Source: Octopus sinensis (lineage: Eukaryota). Taken from it: 64,000 nt of DNA. A model generated the notes under the pieces. It searched no databases and was not told the DNA's origin. It saw nothing but the letters and a program-made list of their open reading frames with translations. Location of the stretch: contig NC_043002.1 in assembly GCF_006345805.1 (NCBI RefSeq), forward strand, positions 16,430,001 through 16,494,000, read 5' to 3'. This document shows, piece by piece, positions 1 through 12,629 of this stretch. The position numbers were made by a program, and so were the translations under genes. Numbering within the stretch: the stretch's first letter is position 1; each line of letters opens with the position of its first letter.

Positions 1-414
1 AATACACACTATTCCTGATCATTGTCGTAGAACTATCTTTCTACCACAGAGTATCTTGGAAAATATAGCTACTTTCATATATTACGCAATCTCATATAAT
101 TTTGAATTGCTTATATATATATTTGTGTGTGTGCCTGTGTGAATTTGTGTGCATGTTTGTGTGTACGAATGTCTAAATATCTGTCTGTGTGTTATCTTTT
201 GTGTTTATGTGTGTGTGTGTGCTTGTGTACATATCTATACACATGTATAATTATAGTGTCGTGTGTAACTACAACTTTGTCTTATGCTAATTTTGAAGAA
301 GAATACCAATTTCTGAATTCGGCATAAATGTGTGTGAGGTGGTAGTGAAGTTTATGTGTATTTATGCTTATCGCTATGTGGGAATATATGCATATATATA
401 TATATATATTATAT

Positions 415-450
<36 letters not shown>

Positions 451-802
451 CATACACACATTCGCGCTCATATTCAGAAACAAACACGCACGGAAACTCA
501 TACAGACTTATACTAGTTATATATTCAAATATACTTATATATGCGTGTGTTCATATGTATGCACTTATGTCAATGTCTTTCTTTGTTTAAATTAAGTGTA
601 GATATATATGCCTTGCAATTATATAGAAAATTTACATTTCTGCAATGCAATGATGGAACAACATACAAAATAAAAGAGAATCATGGATCATCTGTTTTAG
701 ACATATAATATATCGATGCCTAACGACGCTCAGAAAAAAATCTCTCTCTGAAAGTTATGTTTACTACTTCATTGATGTTCATCTCGCACTCATAAGTCAT
801 AT

Positions 803-1203
803 ATTTATATATAAAAGAGAGGTTGTGTGCAGTCTGTCTCCTACGATTTAGATTCCTAACTACTCCAATATTTTGCGGTGCAGTTTAACCAAAACCGGGT
901 ATCTTATAGTCGTGATTCATATCGAGCCCTTCTGGGTATTAGCGCGCGTCTACGATGAGTCTACGATTTAAAAAAAATATTTACCATCAATTTTTCCCAT
1001 TTCTTAATGCATTTTTGGCATATATAAGGGAAGTAACTCTCTAAAAATGTATTAAATCTCAGAACGTAAAAAGCTACGGTAACACACCCCTCCCTTTGTG
1101 GTTAGCCATATTGAGATGGCTATTATACTTTACATCTCTAAAAATGCTTATATAGTTATTTCCCTTACAAACCCGAGCAACGCCGGGCGATACTGCTTGT
1201 AGT
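803..1203 (+). mobile_element. Non-autonomous Helitron-like element
   Basis: It starts in a (TA)-rich TATATAAAA motif and ends in CCCGAGCAACGCCGGG followed by CGATACTGCTTGTAG (1172-1202). This matches the usual Helitron 3' hairpin (CCCGTGCAACGCACGGG-like) plus a CTAG-like end. No coding capacity. Confidence 0.6.
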
Positions 1204-1533
1204 GTATATTTGCATTTAACCTCTTTATAAAATCCCCTGCTACTCTTAAGTATGTTACATTGTTTCACGTATGAATTCATATTACAGACCCTGTATCCAT
1301 CTGAATGTGATTGCGTATTTCTTGTGTATAAGTGTGAGGGTGCTTGTAGTTTGGCATATATTAATGTACATAAATTTTATTAATTGTGTACGTGTAAACA
1401 TATCTTTCAGGATAAATTGAATTGTCATGCTTCAGTGTTAGTAAGGCTTCCTTCCCTCTTCATGAAAGGTTTGTTTGCATTTATGATACACACACACACA
1501 CACACCTACATATATATAGACATCGTGAATGCA

Positions 1534-1562
1534 AGTGAAGGCGCATGGCTTAGTGGTTAGAT
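1534..1562 (+). mobile_element. tRNA-derived SINE head fragment
   Basis: GAAGGCGCATGGCTTAGTGGTTAG is an A-box and matches the head of the SINE at 53707-54033. It is truncated at the PLE junction. Confidence 0.45.
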
Positions 1563-3395
1563 AAGGGAGAGACGATAGTAATCATGGACAAATTCTAACA
1601 GACTAAATTTAATACAAGAAAGCACCAAGACAATCGAAAAAAATAGTATTCAATAAAATGAAAACGCTAATTAATGAATACTAACAATCCTTCACGGACA
1701 AAGAGAAAAAACATTTATGCAACTCTGGAATTAGAGAGCAATTTCTACAAACGACCCCAAATGCACAAACGCCCCAAAATACAGAAAGTTATAAATGAGC
1801 AGAAGAACGGATACATAAATACACTCAGACTTACTGACCTCAACCTTAGACCAATAATTGCTGGACCGCAATCACCAACACAGCTGAGTCATCCTTTGCA
1901 CTTACTCCTAAATTCTTTATGTCCATTAATACCCAGCTATATAACGGACGGCGTAGGTTTCCTCCAGCGCATTCCATCCACTGTCCCGAAGGTACTATAC
2001 TTACAAGCTTTGATGTCACTAATATTTATACTAATATACCTCATTCTTTGGGCCTGGAAGCAGTCAAACACTGGATAGAGGAACATAGCGGACAAACAAA
2101 TGAACGCTTCAAAACTGACTTCATTACCAAGGCTACACGTCTGGTACTAGAAGAAAGCAACTTTAGATTCGATACTAAACATATCGACAGTTAACAGAAA
2201 CGGCTGTAGGGAAGCTGTCTGCACCCTCATATGCTAACCTGGTCGTGGGATACTTGGACAAAACTCTTTATGAGGAAGTAGAGAGAAAGCTCATTATCAG
2301 GATTACAAGAAGTTCGTCATTAAACGAGACAACGCTTCCTCGGTGACTGTTTCATCTTTTGGGACTGACCAACTGAGGACCCACAAATCCGTAATAATAT
2401 AATCAACACACTTCACGCATCCATCAAATTCAGGAGAGAATCTAGATGCAATGAATTACCATCCCTGGATATTAACGTAAAAATGCATAACTCCATAGTC
2501 ACAACAAACATATTTTACAAAATTTTTTTTTAAATCGACACGAACCAATATTTGAATTTCTCTTCTCGCCATCCCTCACACACCAAAAGGAACATGCCAT
2601 ACATCACGGCAAAACGTATCTGTGCTATAGTGATTAACCCCAAAATACATTCAAATCCCACTCAACGAGCTCAAAAACTTCCTAACCAAGCAGAAATACC
2701 CCTTAGGAATAATAACCGACGGAAATAAATAAGCGACGAAGCTGAGCATCACACATCTAAGGATACGAAAAGAAGAAAAATTAATGAACACACGATTCCA
2801 TTTATTAATATGCACAATTCTGAGTTAGCCAACAACTTTCACACCCCAATATCAAACCTACATATACTTCTGCAAAGTCCCAAAATGAAAGCCTGATTGA
2901 TAAAATCCCTTAAAAAACAGCAGAAGCTAGCCAAGTAATCTCAAAAACAAATCACAAGAGCAGCATTCTCATCAGAGAATGAATCAGAATTCTCCATTAG
3001 GAATATGGCGATAGCAGATGTGCAACATGCAACAACAACAGCATCTTATAAAGTGGTTCTCACATAAAATTCAAGAACTGAATCTCGTTCAAAGTAAATG
3101 AAGATATCAACTGCAAGACACAAAATCTCATATAGCGCATTACTTACCTCAACTACAAGGTACATTACGTTGGCGAAATAAACAATTCCCTCTGCTAACG
3201 TGCACATGACACATCCGACAAACACATCCCACAAGAGGAATTGCGCAAGATTCCACTAAGCAAACATCTAGAAATATGCAAACATCTAAAAATTCAACAT
3301 CTTTCCTTTTTACAAATGGTGAAACGATGGCTCAAAATTCCGAAAAGCAGCAAATTCTCTCCAAAATTGAACAATTGAAAGGGAAGCAGAGGAAC
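1560..3395 (+). mobile_element. Decayed Penelope-like element (RT + GIY-YIG), 5'-truncated
   Basis: Frame-shifted PLE motifs: DKGETIVIMDK (1560), RPIIAGPQSPT, TILTSFDVTNIYTNIPHSLGLEAVKHW, FILEESNF-like, DTNQYLNFSSRHP, and a degenerate GIY-YIG region (NCKTQNLI...HYVGE) at about 3100-3180. Many stops and frameshifts. Confidence 0.9.
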
Positions 3396-3461
3396 TATAT
3401 TTTTATCATTATTTTTTCTTTATAGTAATTATGATGGATGAAAAGAAAATATTTATATTAC

Positions 3462-3515
3462 CCTATTACGGTTGCTTCTAAATGATGCTCCAAAGTTAAT
3501 AACTGATACTCATCT
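3462..3515 (-). CDS. Candidate 54-nt coding exon (phase 2-2), (R)DEYQLLTLEHHLEATVI(G)
   Basis: Acceptor GCTAATCATTTATAG| contains a CTAAT branch motif; donor AGG|GTAATA. Only one frame is open and it continues the frame of the upstream candidate exon. No homology identified. Confidence 0.4.
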
Positions 3516-3580
3516 CTATAAATGATTAGCTGAATATATAACACTAGGGTTTTGACAACTGTTGTTCTTAAAGAACTTAC

Positions 3581-3705
3581 CGAAAAAGAACACTAGAACT
3601 ATTTTACCAGTGATTCAGAAAAATATCTAGTTTAGCTACTTGGCAAATTAATTCGTGAAAAAGATCTCCTTTGAATTCTCTTATCCAAGCCAAGAAAAAT
3701 AAATG
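3581..3705 (-). CDS. Candidate exon HLFFLAWIREFKGDLFHELICQVAKLDIFLNHW*NSSSVLF(R), with an in-frame TAA
   Basis: Strong acceptor CCTTTCATCTTTTTATAG| and strong donor TCG|GTAAGT. TAA at 3604-3606. An alternative donor CTG|GTAAAA at 3608 would avoid that TAA. Confidence 0.4.
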
Positions 3706-4710
3706 CTATAAAAAGATGAAAGGTATTTTAAAAATATATATTTAAGCAGGCCCTTCTTTATGATATAGTTTACATGCTACAGAATGGCTTCCTGCTAAAT
3801 GTACAATATACATGCATAACTCACTTATGATGTTTGATTAAATGTACATAGAAAATAGATTGAATTATAAATAGTACCCTTTATTTTTTATATTCTGACT
3901 TCATTTTCCTAATTTATGAATATTGAATTAATATTTAATGTTTGTTCATGCACAGAATAGAATTACACAGAATATGAGACTTGAATCTATAAATATAAAG
4001 GAATATAGATAGGACTTTGAACTTTGAATTCTTTCTTATGTTTCAGTAATAACCAAACCTTCCCCTAATTTTATTTCTTTCATCCTACGTCCTGAAATTA
4101 ACATCTGTGAAAGTCACCAGCTCTTTGAGAAAATGTTTTTATTTACAATATATTGAAAAATAAACAATTGAAAGAAAGAAAGAAAGGAGAAAGAAACAAG
4201 AAAGCGCTTTGTAATGAAATTAATGAATTATTGACATCAAATTCAAAAGAAACCTCTCTCGTTCTACCTGTCGATTGTCCCTCTCCCCCCTTGTTCTAAC
4301 AAAAAAACATATTTTTCCCTTCTAAGTAAAGCAAAAGAGCATCCAATCCATATAAACGAACAGAGAAATGCTTTGGTTTTACCATTTTGATCTTGATTTC
4401 GTGGTGACGATTTCGAAAGAACGAAAGCGCTAATAATAAGTTATTCAAAATTCTGACTTCCCTCTTTTTTCTCAATATATTATATAGGTACACCACTTCA
4501 AACATTCTATAGACACCTATATATATATATATATATATATATATTGACGCGTGTGTAAGTGTGTGTATGTATATGTGTATATATATAATATATATATATA
4601 TACATTATATATATATATATATAATACATATATATATATATTGACGCGTGTGTAAGTGTGTGTATGTATATGTGTATATATATAATATATATATATATAA
4701 TATATATATA

Positions 4711-4780
<70 letters not shown>

Positions 4781-4818
4781 TATACATATATAGATATATA
4801 TATATATATATATATAAC

Positions 4819-4858
<40 letters not shown>

Positions 4859-5550
4859 AATATATATATATAATACATATATATATATATATATTAATTC
4901 CTATTAGAATGTAAGGTTAAAAAACGTTAATGATTTCTATCAGATAGTCAGTATGCTGTAAGAATTTGTATGTAATTTATACATTAAATTAATTATAATA
5001 TTCATAAGCATTTACTGTATGGTTGTTCTGATAATATACACGAGGCTGACGTGAGAGGATGTAACATTGACTTATCTTGGAACAATATATGCAAATATTT
5101 GTATGTAGACATGTGGACCCACTTTGTTCGGTATGTAAAGTTATTTGTATTTATGTTTCCCGTGCATTGTGTTGACGAAGCAGAAGCCTGTTTTATGGAT
5201 TTATCCAGAAAATGTGAGCAATTCACAATTAACGTGAGTTTTTTTTAATATTACTTCACCAGCCCTCTTTCAACAATGTTTATATTTAACGTAGTGTTTT
5301 TCATATTTTTTTAAGGTTTCAGCACTTCAAACATGGTGGAGTTAGGCTGCTTTTGCCCTTGTCCCCTTAATATAACCTACATATGTATATTATTATCAAC
5401 TTAATGTATAAATTACCGATACGTTTTTATAGTCTGCTATCACATAAAAATCATTAACGTGTCTTTATATATATATATTACTTCACTAGCAGTATATTGG
5501 ATATACGTTATCCCATGGAGGGTTGCATTTACAATCCCTATCTCAATTTG

Positions 5551-5613
<63 letters not shown>

Positions 5614-5734
5614 TGGCCTGCTCGCTTAGCCAGCGGGGTGGCGTCATTTGAAGGCTAAAACAATGCGAAGCGCATTGTGACCAGCGATATGTAACAACAT
5701 CTGATGGCCTGGTCGGTCACGGTGATCACGGTGA
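5614..5734 (+). mobile_element. 3' fragment of an interspersed SINE-like repeat
   Basis: GC-richer island between (TG)n and (TA)n tracts, ending in repeated GGTGATCAC. It resembles a common octopus repeat tail as I recall it; not verified. Confidence 0.4.
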
Positions 5735-5804
5735 TATATGAATATATATATATATATATATATAATAATATATATATATATATAGATATATATATATATA
5801 TATG

Positions 5805-5945
5805 TATGGGGATAATTCAAAAAAATTAAAACAAAAGACAAAGACAACAAACAGATGTATTAATATAACGCTCGGGAAGTGAAAAAGTGTTTAACTTTTA
5901 ACGTTTCGAGTCTACGCTCTTCCACAGAAAGGAACTCTGAATATT
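5805..5945 (-). mobile_element. Solo PLE terminus with a hammerhead-like motif (A6U core)
   Basis: Similar to 30210-30345 and 30930-31010. The minus strand reads CTTT-CTGTGGA-A-GAGC-GTAG-ACTC-GAAACGTT-AAAAG (5895-5931). Confidence 0.7.
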
Positions 5946-7469
5946 TGTTTAAACAATGCAATTATATTCACCGTTACTTCATCCGACATTATTTATGTAA
6001 TTCTTGCTCGTTCAAGATTTATGAACATCAGCATTCATTGCTTATGATGTTTTTAATAAGAACGTTACCGTGTTTATCGTGTTGTGTATGGCAGACTAGG
6101 CGTTGGGGCGTAGCTGACGAAGTGAGACGACGCAAGAACACATACATCCTTCGATTTAATGACGTCTTTCGCCATTCATCTTCTGTTTTCACACACATCT
6201 AAGAAAACAAATTTCCTTCTGTCACAGCGACGACAGGTCTTCTCACGTCCGAGTGCACTCAAACATATCCACTAAGATTTTACACAAACACACACACACA
6301 CACACACACACTCATGCGCATACACATACAGAAACGCACAGAGTCACACATACACCCGCACGCCCACACACATGTATATACATGCAGACAGACACACAGG
6401 TCTGCGCATGCGTAAATATGCATACATACGTATATGAATACTAATGTATATCATATCGTTTTATAAAAAATACAAATTTAACTTACCCTAAATACAATTT
6501 AGTAGAATACTTTTTATTAAGATTTGAAAGGGCTATCAACTTCACCTTGAGAAAACCTGTGACCCCTCATTCTCACCCAGTTTCTCACATCCCTTTCCCT
6601 ATCTCTCTATTTCTCTCTCTTTGGTTTTATGTATATATATATGAAAGAAAAAAGTTGTTCAGAATGCTGGATGGTTGTAAGAATATATATTTATTTACAT
6701 ATCACATATTATTTCTTCATATTAACGCTTTCAACTACTCCTGCAGTTCCATATATATATATATACAGTTTTATGCATACATATAGATGTGTGTTTGCTT
6801 GTGTATTTATGAACAGAGAACCAAGGAGCTAAATATATACTATGAGCTGCGTTGTTCTAACCTAAAGATTATGACGTTAATATATGTGTTTATATATCAC
6901 TGAATACAACGCCTTTAACTCAGTAATATGTGTGTCTGCTTTAACTAGAATTCTTCTCTTGCTTCTAATTATTCTCTTCATGCACGAATAATACGATGTA
7001 TAAACACAGATTTATGCTTTCACATTTTCTATGAATGCGAACAATTGATGTATTTGTATAACACATCGATTTGGAGACAAGTGGCCTATAAATAGGTATT
7101 TTCTCAGTGTGCAATATAAAGAATCTATACCCGTATTGTAATGCAGTTTTGCTCGGTATTCTAATGGTCGTTATAACTGAAATGCAGGAAGTCTATTACA
7201 CCTTGCTGGGAAATGCGAAAAGGAAAATAAATATCACAATATTAAAAGACGAACCTCAAAATGCACATGAACGTAAATGACGCTGCGCAGAAACTCACAC
7301 ACACACATATATATATATATGTCTGCCAATTGCTGCGTACATAATATAGTATAGTGACAATAATGCACAATGAATAAGCATTAAAATGCGCCTGTCAGGT
7401 ATGTATTGTCACCGTGTGTACATTTACTGAGTGTTAAAAGCATGCTTCAAACAATGACGTGGATGATAT

Positions 7470-7730
7470 AATAGGAAGAAGGAGAAGAAAGAAGAACAAG
7501 AAAAAGAAGAAGGAGAAGAAGAAGAAGTATGAAATGAATAGAAAAGAAAAGAAGAAAGAGAAGCCTGAGAATAAAAAAAATATGATGAGAATATAAAGGT
7601 CATAGAAACTAACATAGATGAAGAAGATAAAAAATAAGACGGAGAAGATAAGAAGAAATGATAGGAGTGGAAGAAGAAGAAGAAGAAGAAGAAGAAGAAG
7701 GAGGAGGAGGAGGAGGAGGATATTGATAAT
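7470..7730 (+). repeat. Polypurine (GAA)n/(GGA)n tract
   Basis: Directly visible. It explains the spurious poly-S/F ORFs. Confidence 0.9.
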
Positions 7731-8574
7731 GATAAAATATTAGGTATAGAGCGAAATTTATTCCGTGTCTCCATGACATCATGGACATACAACGAAATAG
7801 GTTCATATCACAGTAGAAACTGCCTCTTACCACTAGCTAAAAATGGGGGGGGGGATTACTACTCTAGTAGAATCAATTGAAAGGAAGCGTTAGCTCATAT
7901 TACCAAACAATTAAAATCCCTAAATTACGTGGAATCTTCTACAGGTTTAATTAGGAGAGGTATTCATATCTATATCAAAATTACTGTTTTTAATAAACGC
8001 AAGAGTTGAGGAAAAACAGACCATCGAAACAAAGACATGGTGATGATTAACAGGGGTTTTGTAAAATTTCAGAAAAAATCATTGATTATTTTATGGATTA
8101 GACGGGTAAATTATCAAAAAGGCTCGGAATTGTTTGGTATATTCTTTTTTTTAAATGCAATGCTCATTGGGGTGTAATACGAAGTAAGAAGTGTACAAAT
8201 CAGAAGAAGAAGCTTTAACGAGTTTAGGTTCTCTCTTGTTTTGTTCATAATCTCACTGATTTCTTTTTCAGTTGCATTAATCAAAATCTAAGAAGATATG
8301 TGATTGGAAAACAACTGAGAAATCGAACAATTTCCAATTTGTAGATAACTTTTAGATTTAGGGTAAAGACAAGGTACAACTACGCACGTTAGTACAAACT
8401 CTAAACGAACTCTAACATGTGTGGTGTGTAAAATTGGGAAAGATCAAAATATATTCAGGCAGCACCGTACCAACACACACTCAGGCACACACGTGCGCGC
8501 GTACGTTAACACACACACATATAGATATGTATATAAACGTATATATTTACGTATATACACACACTTACAACTAT

Positions 8575-8790
8575 ATATTCTTTTACTTCTTTCAGTTATG
8601 TGACTGCGGCCATGCTGAAGCACCGCATTCAGTCGAGCAAATCGTCCCAAGGATTTATTCTTTGTAAGCCTATTGATTATTCTATCGGACTTTTTTGCCG
8701 AACCGCTATGTTACGGGAACGTAAACAAACCATTATCGGATCGGTTGTCAAGCGATGTTGGGGGGGGGACAAACACAGACACACAAACAG

Positions 8791-8830
<40 letters not shown>
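8575..8830 (-). mobile_element. SINE family A, 3' half
   Basis: TTCAGTTATGTGACTGCGGCCATGCTGAAGCACCGC...GGGGACAAACACAGAC matches the full copies at 13105 and 20476. It stops at the internal CA/TA microsatellite. Confidence 0.85.
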
Positions 8831-8837
<7 letters not shown>

Positions 8838-8979
8838 AATTATTTATTAATTCATAAAATGTATATAAGGAGGAAAATCACGATAAAGATTTTTGTGAAG
8901 TAGTCGGTATGGTATAAAAAATAGGCAATTAATACATATGAACATTATTACTACTTTAATATTCTAATTATAGCCTTGA

Positions 8980-9345
<366 letters not shown>

Positions 9346-9504
9346 ACATGCAGGAAGAGTTTCTGAATTAAAAATGCTAAATACTAAAGTATGTAATCCT
9401 AATATCGAATACATTCCAATTGTTCGCTTTGCGTAACAAATAAGAGATTTTATAAATTAAAGGTGTCTCTATTTACTTCGTGCATGTCTTGCATGTCTGT
9501 GTAT

Positions 9505-9662
9505 ATATACGACGAGTTTCTTTCAGTTTCCACTCACAAGGCTTCGGCCAGCCTAAGGCTATAGCAAAAGACACTTGCTCATGATGCCACGCAATGGGAC
9601 TGAATCCGGAAGCATGTGATTGGTAAGCAAGCTAATTCCCACATAACCACTCTTGCGCCTGT
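9505..9662 (-). mobile_element. SINE family A, 5' (tRNA-like) half, diverged
   Basis: TACGACGAGTTTCTTTCAGTTTCC...CCACTCTTGCGCCT is homologous to the head of the full copies. Confidence 0.8.
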
Positions 9663-9792
9663 AATATTAAATGTACACTGAATTAGAGTCACTAATATAT
9701 TCTTCCCGTTGAAACATGTAGTTAGGGAGAGTTTTATAGTGTGCTCCGTATCTCCAAGCAATCTCTAGACTCTGGGTATATAGTTGGTTCTA

Positions 9793-10175
9793 GTGGAGGC
9801 GCAATGGCCCAGTGGTTAGGGCAGCGGACTCGCGGTCGTAGGATCGCGGTTTCGATTCCCAGACCGGGCGTTTTGAGTGTTTATTGAGCGAAAACACCTA
9901 AAGCTTCACGATGCTCCGGCAGGGGATGGTGATGATCCCTGCTGTACTCTTTCACCACAACTTTCTCTCACTCTTACTTCCTGTTTCTGCTGTACCTGTA
10001 TTTCAAAGGGCCGGCCTTGTCACTCTCTGTGTTACGCTGAATATCCCCGAGAACTACGTTAAGGGTACACGTGTCTGTGGAGTGCTCAGCCACTTACACG
10101 TTAATTTCACGAGCAGGCTGTTCCGTTGATCGGATCAACCGGAACCCTCGTCGTCGTAACCGACGGAGTGCTTCC
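9793..10175 (+). mobile_element. Full-length tRNA-derived SINE (family C) with a 15-bp TSD
   Basis: A-box TGGCCCAGTGG and B-box GGTTTCGATTCC. TSD ATATAGTTGGTTCTA at 9778-9792 and 10176-10190. Confidence 0.92.
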
Positions 10176-11277
10176 ATATAGTTGGTTCTATTTGAAAATC
10201 AGGAAGCTGGTAAGGAAAAACTAAGAGAAAAACAAAGCCCAGATATATATTTTATTTAGGTCATGAGGATTTAGAATGATGGATATACGTCAAATTAATC
10301 ATTTTTAAAACAGGAAAGCGCAACAGATAAATCTATAAATAATAGTAATCATAACGGTGTGCAAACCTTCCCTCCTTGAACGGAAAATATCGAAGGTTTT
10401 ATTTACCTATATCATTTGCAGGACCTAATTTTCATCCTTAAATATGTATTTCAACTCGTCAATAACGTAGATGATGCTTATAACGACATGGCTATTATTA
10501 AAAAGGCATCATTAACGTTCAATATATTTCTCTGATATATCCAAATTATACTGTCTATACAAACACAGAGATGTGTCCATGCACAAATATATATATGCAC
10601 GCGGGCACGCACGGGCGCGCATACACATACGTACACACATCGATGTATGCGCATTCACAATATTTGCTTAAAGAAATTATCTGACTTACAAAAATGAAAT
10701 TGCTTTCTCATATATTATGCTGTTATATATTCATGACATTATTTTCGATTGGAAATTTAATCTCTATTAAATCTACTATTAATGGCGTTGAAATCTTTTT
10801 CCTGAAGGAAAACCAAAGGTGCCTATGATTAAGTGGTGTATTATAGAGTTTCCTAGGACAGAGGAAATGAACATCTAGATTTATGATAATGAATCTGGGC
10901 CTTTCATTATCCCCAGACAAACAACTCTATATTTAGATTTAATAACATACAATTTTCCTCATTTCACTGTAAAATGGTAAACGCAGTACATTCGCCAATA
11001 ACCGTTCAATAACTATTGTAACAGAATGAATTATTAAATCGATGAATATTACTAGAAATATAAAGAATATAAACGTAATGACCATAAAGAAGTAAAACAA
11101 AAAAATGCTTTAGAAAGCAATAATAAACAAACACATCTAGTTGGAATAAAATATAGTGATGGAGAAAAATCATTAGGGATTAAAGCCATTTTATTAGTAA
11201 TATAGTGATTAGTATCAATTATTCCATATTAGATGAAAGACAACAATTTGAATATGTAGAAACGTTGTTACTCTTAC

Positions 11278-11387
11278 CATGTAATTAGCGATCATGACGT
11301 AAATGTCTAATACAAATTTGAATACAGATCGCCATAAATTTTCGAGAAATTCTGCTGCCTTTAGATAAGTTTGTAATGTTCGCTCTA
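11278..11387 (-). CDS. Candidate coding exon xERTLQTYLKAAEFLENLWRSVFKFVLDIYVMIANYM
   Basis: It lies in a 96-codon non-repetitive ORF and has a strong donor ATG|GTAAGA. The acceptor (TTTATAG|TAG) is weak. The phase-0 end fits the candidate exon at 3581-3705. Confidence 0.3.
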
Positions 11388-11549
11388 CTATAAATATGTA
11401 TTTTCTGTGCATTTTATTTTCTATTTTGATTTGTTGTTTATTTATGATAAAATTCTGAGTGGTGTTTCGCAAATGTCTCGCGGATATTGTCGGTTCTGAT
11501 TCCAAATAATCTCATGGTTTCTAGCATAAGGTAGAATTTGAACAACATT

Positions 11550-11960
11550 ATAATTATCAACCATAAAATTATTAACCATCTTACAAACAATAACTCTGAG
11601 CACCGTTTCAAACTGCACCTGTCTAACACCCGTGGACATGTTTACAAAGTCAGAAAACAGCACAGCTCCCATGACTTTCGGAAACATTTTTTCACGCTAA
11701 GCGTTGCTGAAGTATGGAACAGACTGCCGTCATCAGTTGTTAGTTGTCGGAGCACTGCATCCTTCAAAACTTCTATGCTTCCTGAGATTCGCCAACACTA
11801 CACCCGATTTTCTCCCCTCCATACACACGCAAGCATGTGTCTGACTCGTACACTGTTGGCTTTCCAGACATTTGTACATTATTGCATATACTTTATACGC
11901 ACTTTTTGACAAGTTGTGGTGCACCTGAGCATTGTATACAATAATTTCATTATCATTTTT
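11550..11960 (+). mobile_element. CR1-group LINE 3' fragment
   Basis: HKIINHL...SNTRGHVYKVRKQHSSHDFRKHFFTLSVAEVWNRLPSSVV matches the CR1/L2 ORF2 C-terminal pattern (TRGH...FF..RV...WN.LP), followed by a 3' UTR and an ATT-type tail. Confidence 0.85.
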
Positions 11961-12629
11961 TATCATAATGCATATTCTAATGTGAAATCTGAGACATACA
12001 TTCCAACTTCACATATCTTGAATGTCCATATTGCAATTCTCAAGAGCAAATATTACTGTAGACACCGAAACATCAAAACTGTCTATTTATTTCAAAACTG
12101 TAATTTACAAACAAAAACATTGTAATACAATTCATTGGGACGACAATCAGATCTTTCAATAGCAACAAGAAATATTACTTAAAAACCTGCTGCTAGCCGA
12201 TTAGATGTATTCCTAGCTACTGATGAATGATTAAGTAAATCCTAATCATTCTTGCAAGCACACATTATACGAGGGAAGAAGAATAAATAGATAAAATGTA
12301 CATACAATTATATTACCCCCGATCGAACGCATGTTTGTGTGGATTTATATTTCAAAATGTATTAATATGAATATATGTGCACCTCTGTGCTTATGTATCC
12401 TTACATGTAGCTGTGTGCATTCGACTCTGTCTGTTACTATTTCTCTTCCACGCCATCTCTCTCTCTACCCTCTCCATCTCTCCCTCTCTGTCTCTCTTTC
12501 CAATGTAGACCAAAGAGATTTAACATCAAGGAATGAGATGACCAGTCAACATGCATAGAGGAGGTGATAGTGTTTATTGACTTTATGTTAACTCCAAACT
12601 GTAAGGGAAAAGAGGGATTTTATATCTTG

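Noticed and set aside
5000-5232. Plus-strand open frame ending at AAC|GTGAGT
   Set aside because: Good donor but no convincing acceptor or recognisable homology. The opposite strand is also open.
6110-6150. CTGACGA hammerhead-like start
   Set aside because: No pairable helix II or GAAA follows.
9793-9870. Apparent tRNA genes (also 53950-54033 and 61444-61510)
   Set aside because: A/B boxes are present, but I see no acceptor-stem closure. They continue into SINE bodies, one with a TSD.
12220-12255. CTGATGA followed by a 7-bp hairpin
   Set aside because: No GAAA follows the stem, so the hammerhead core is incomplete.
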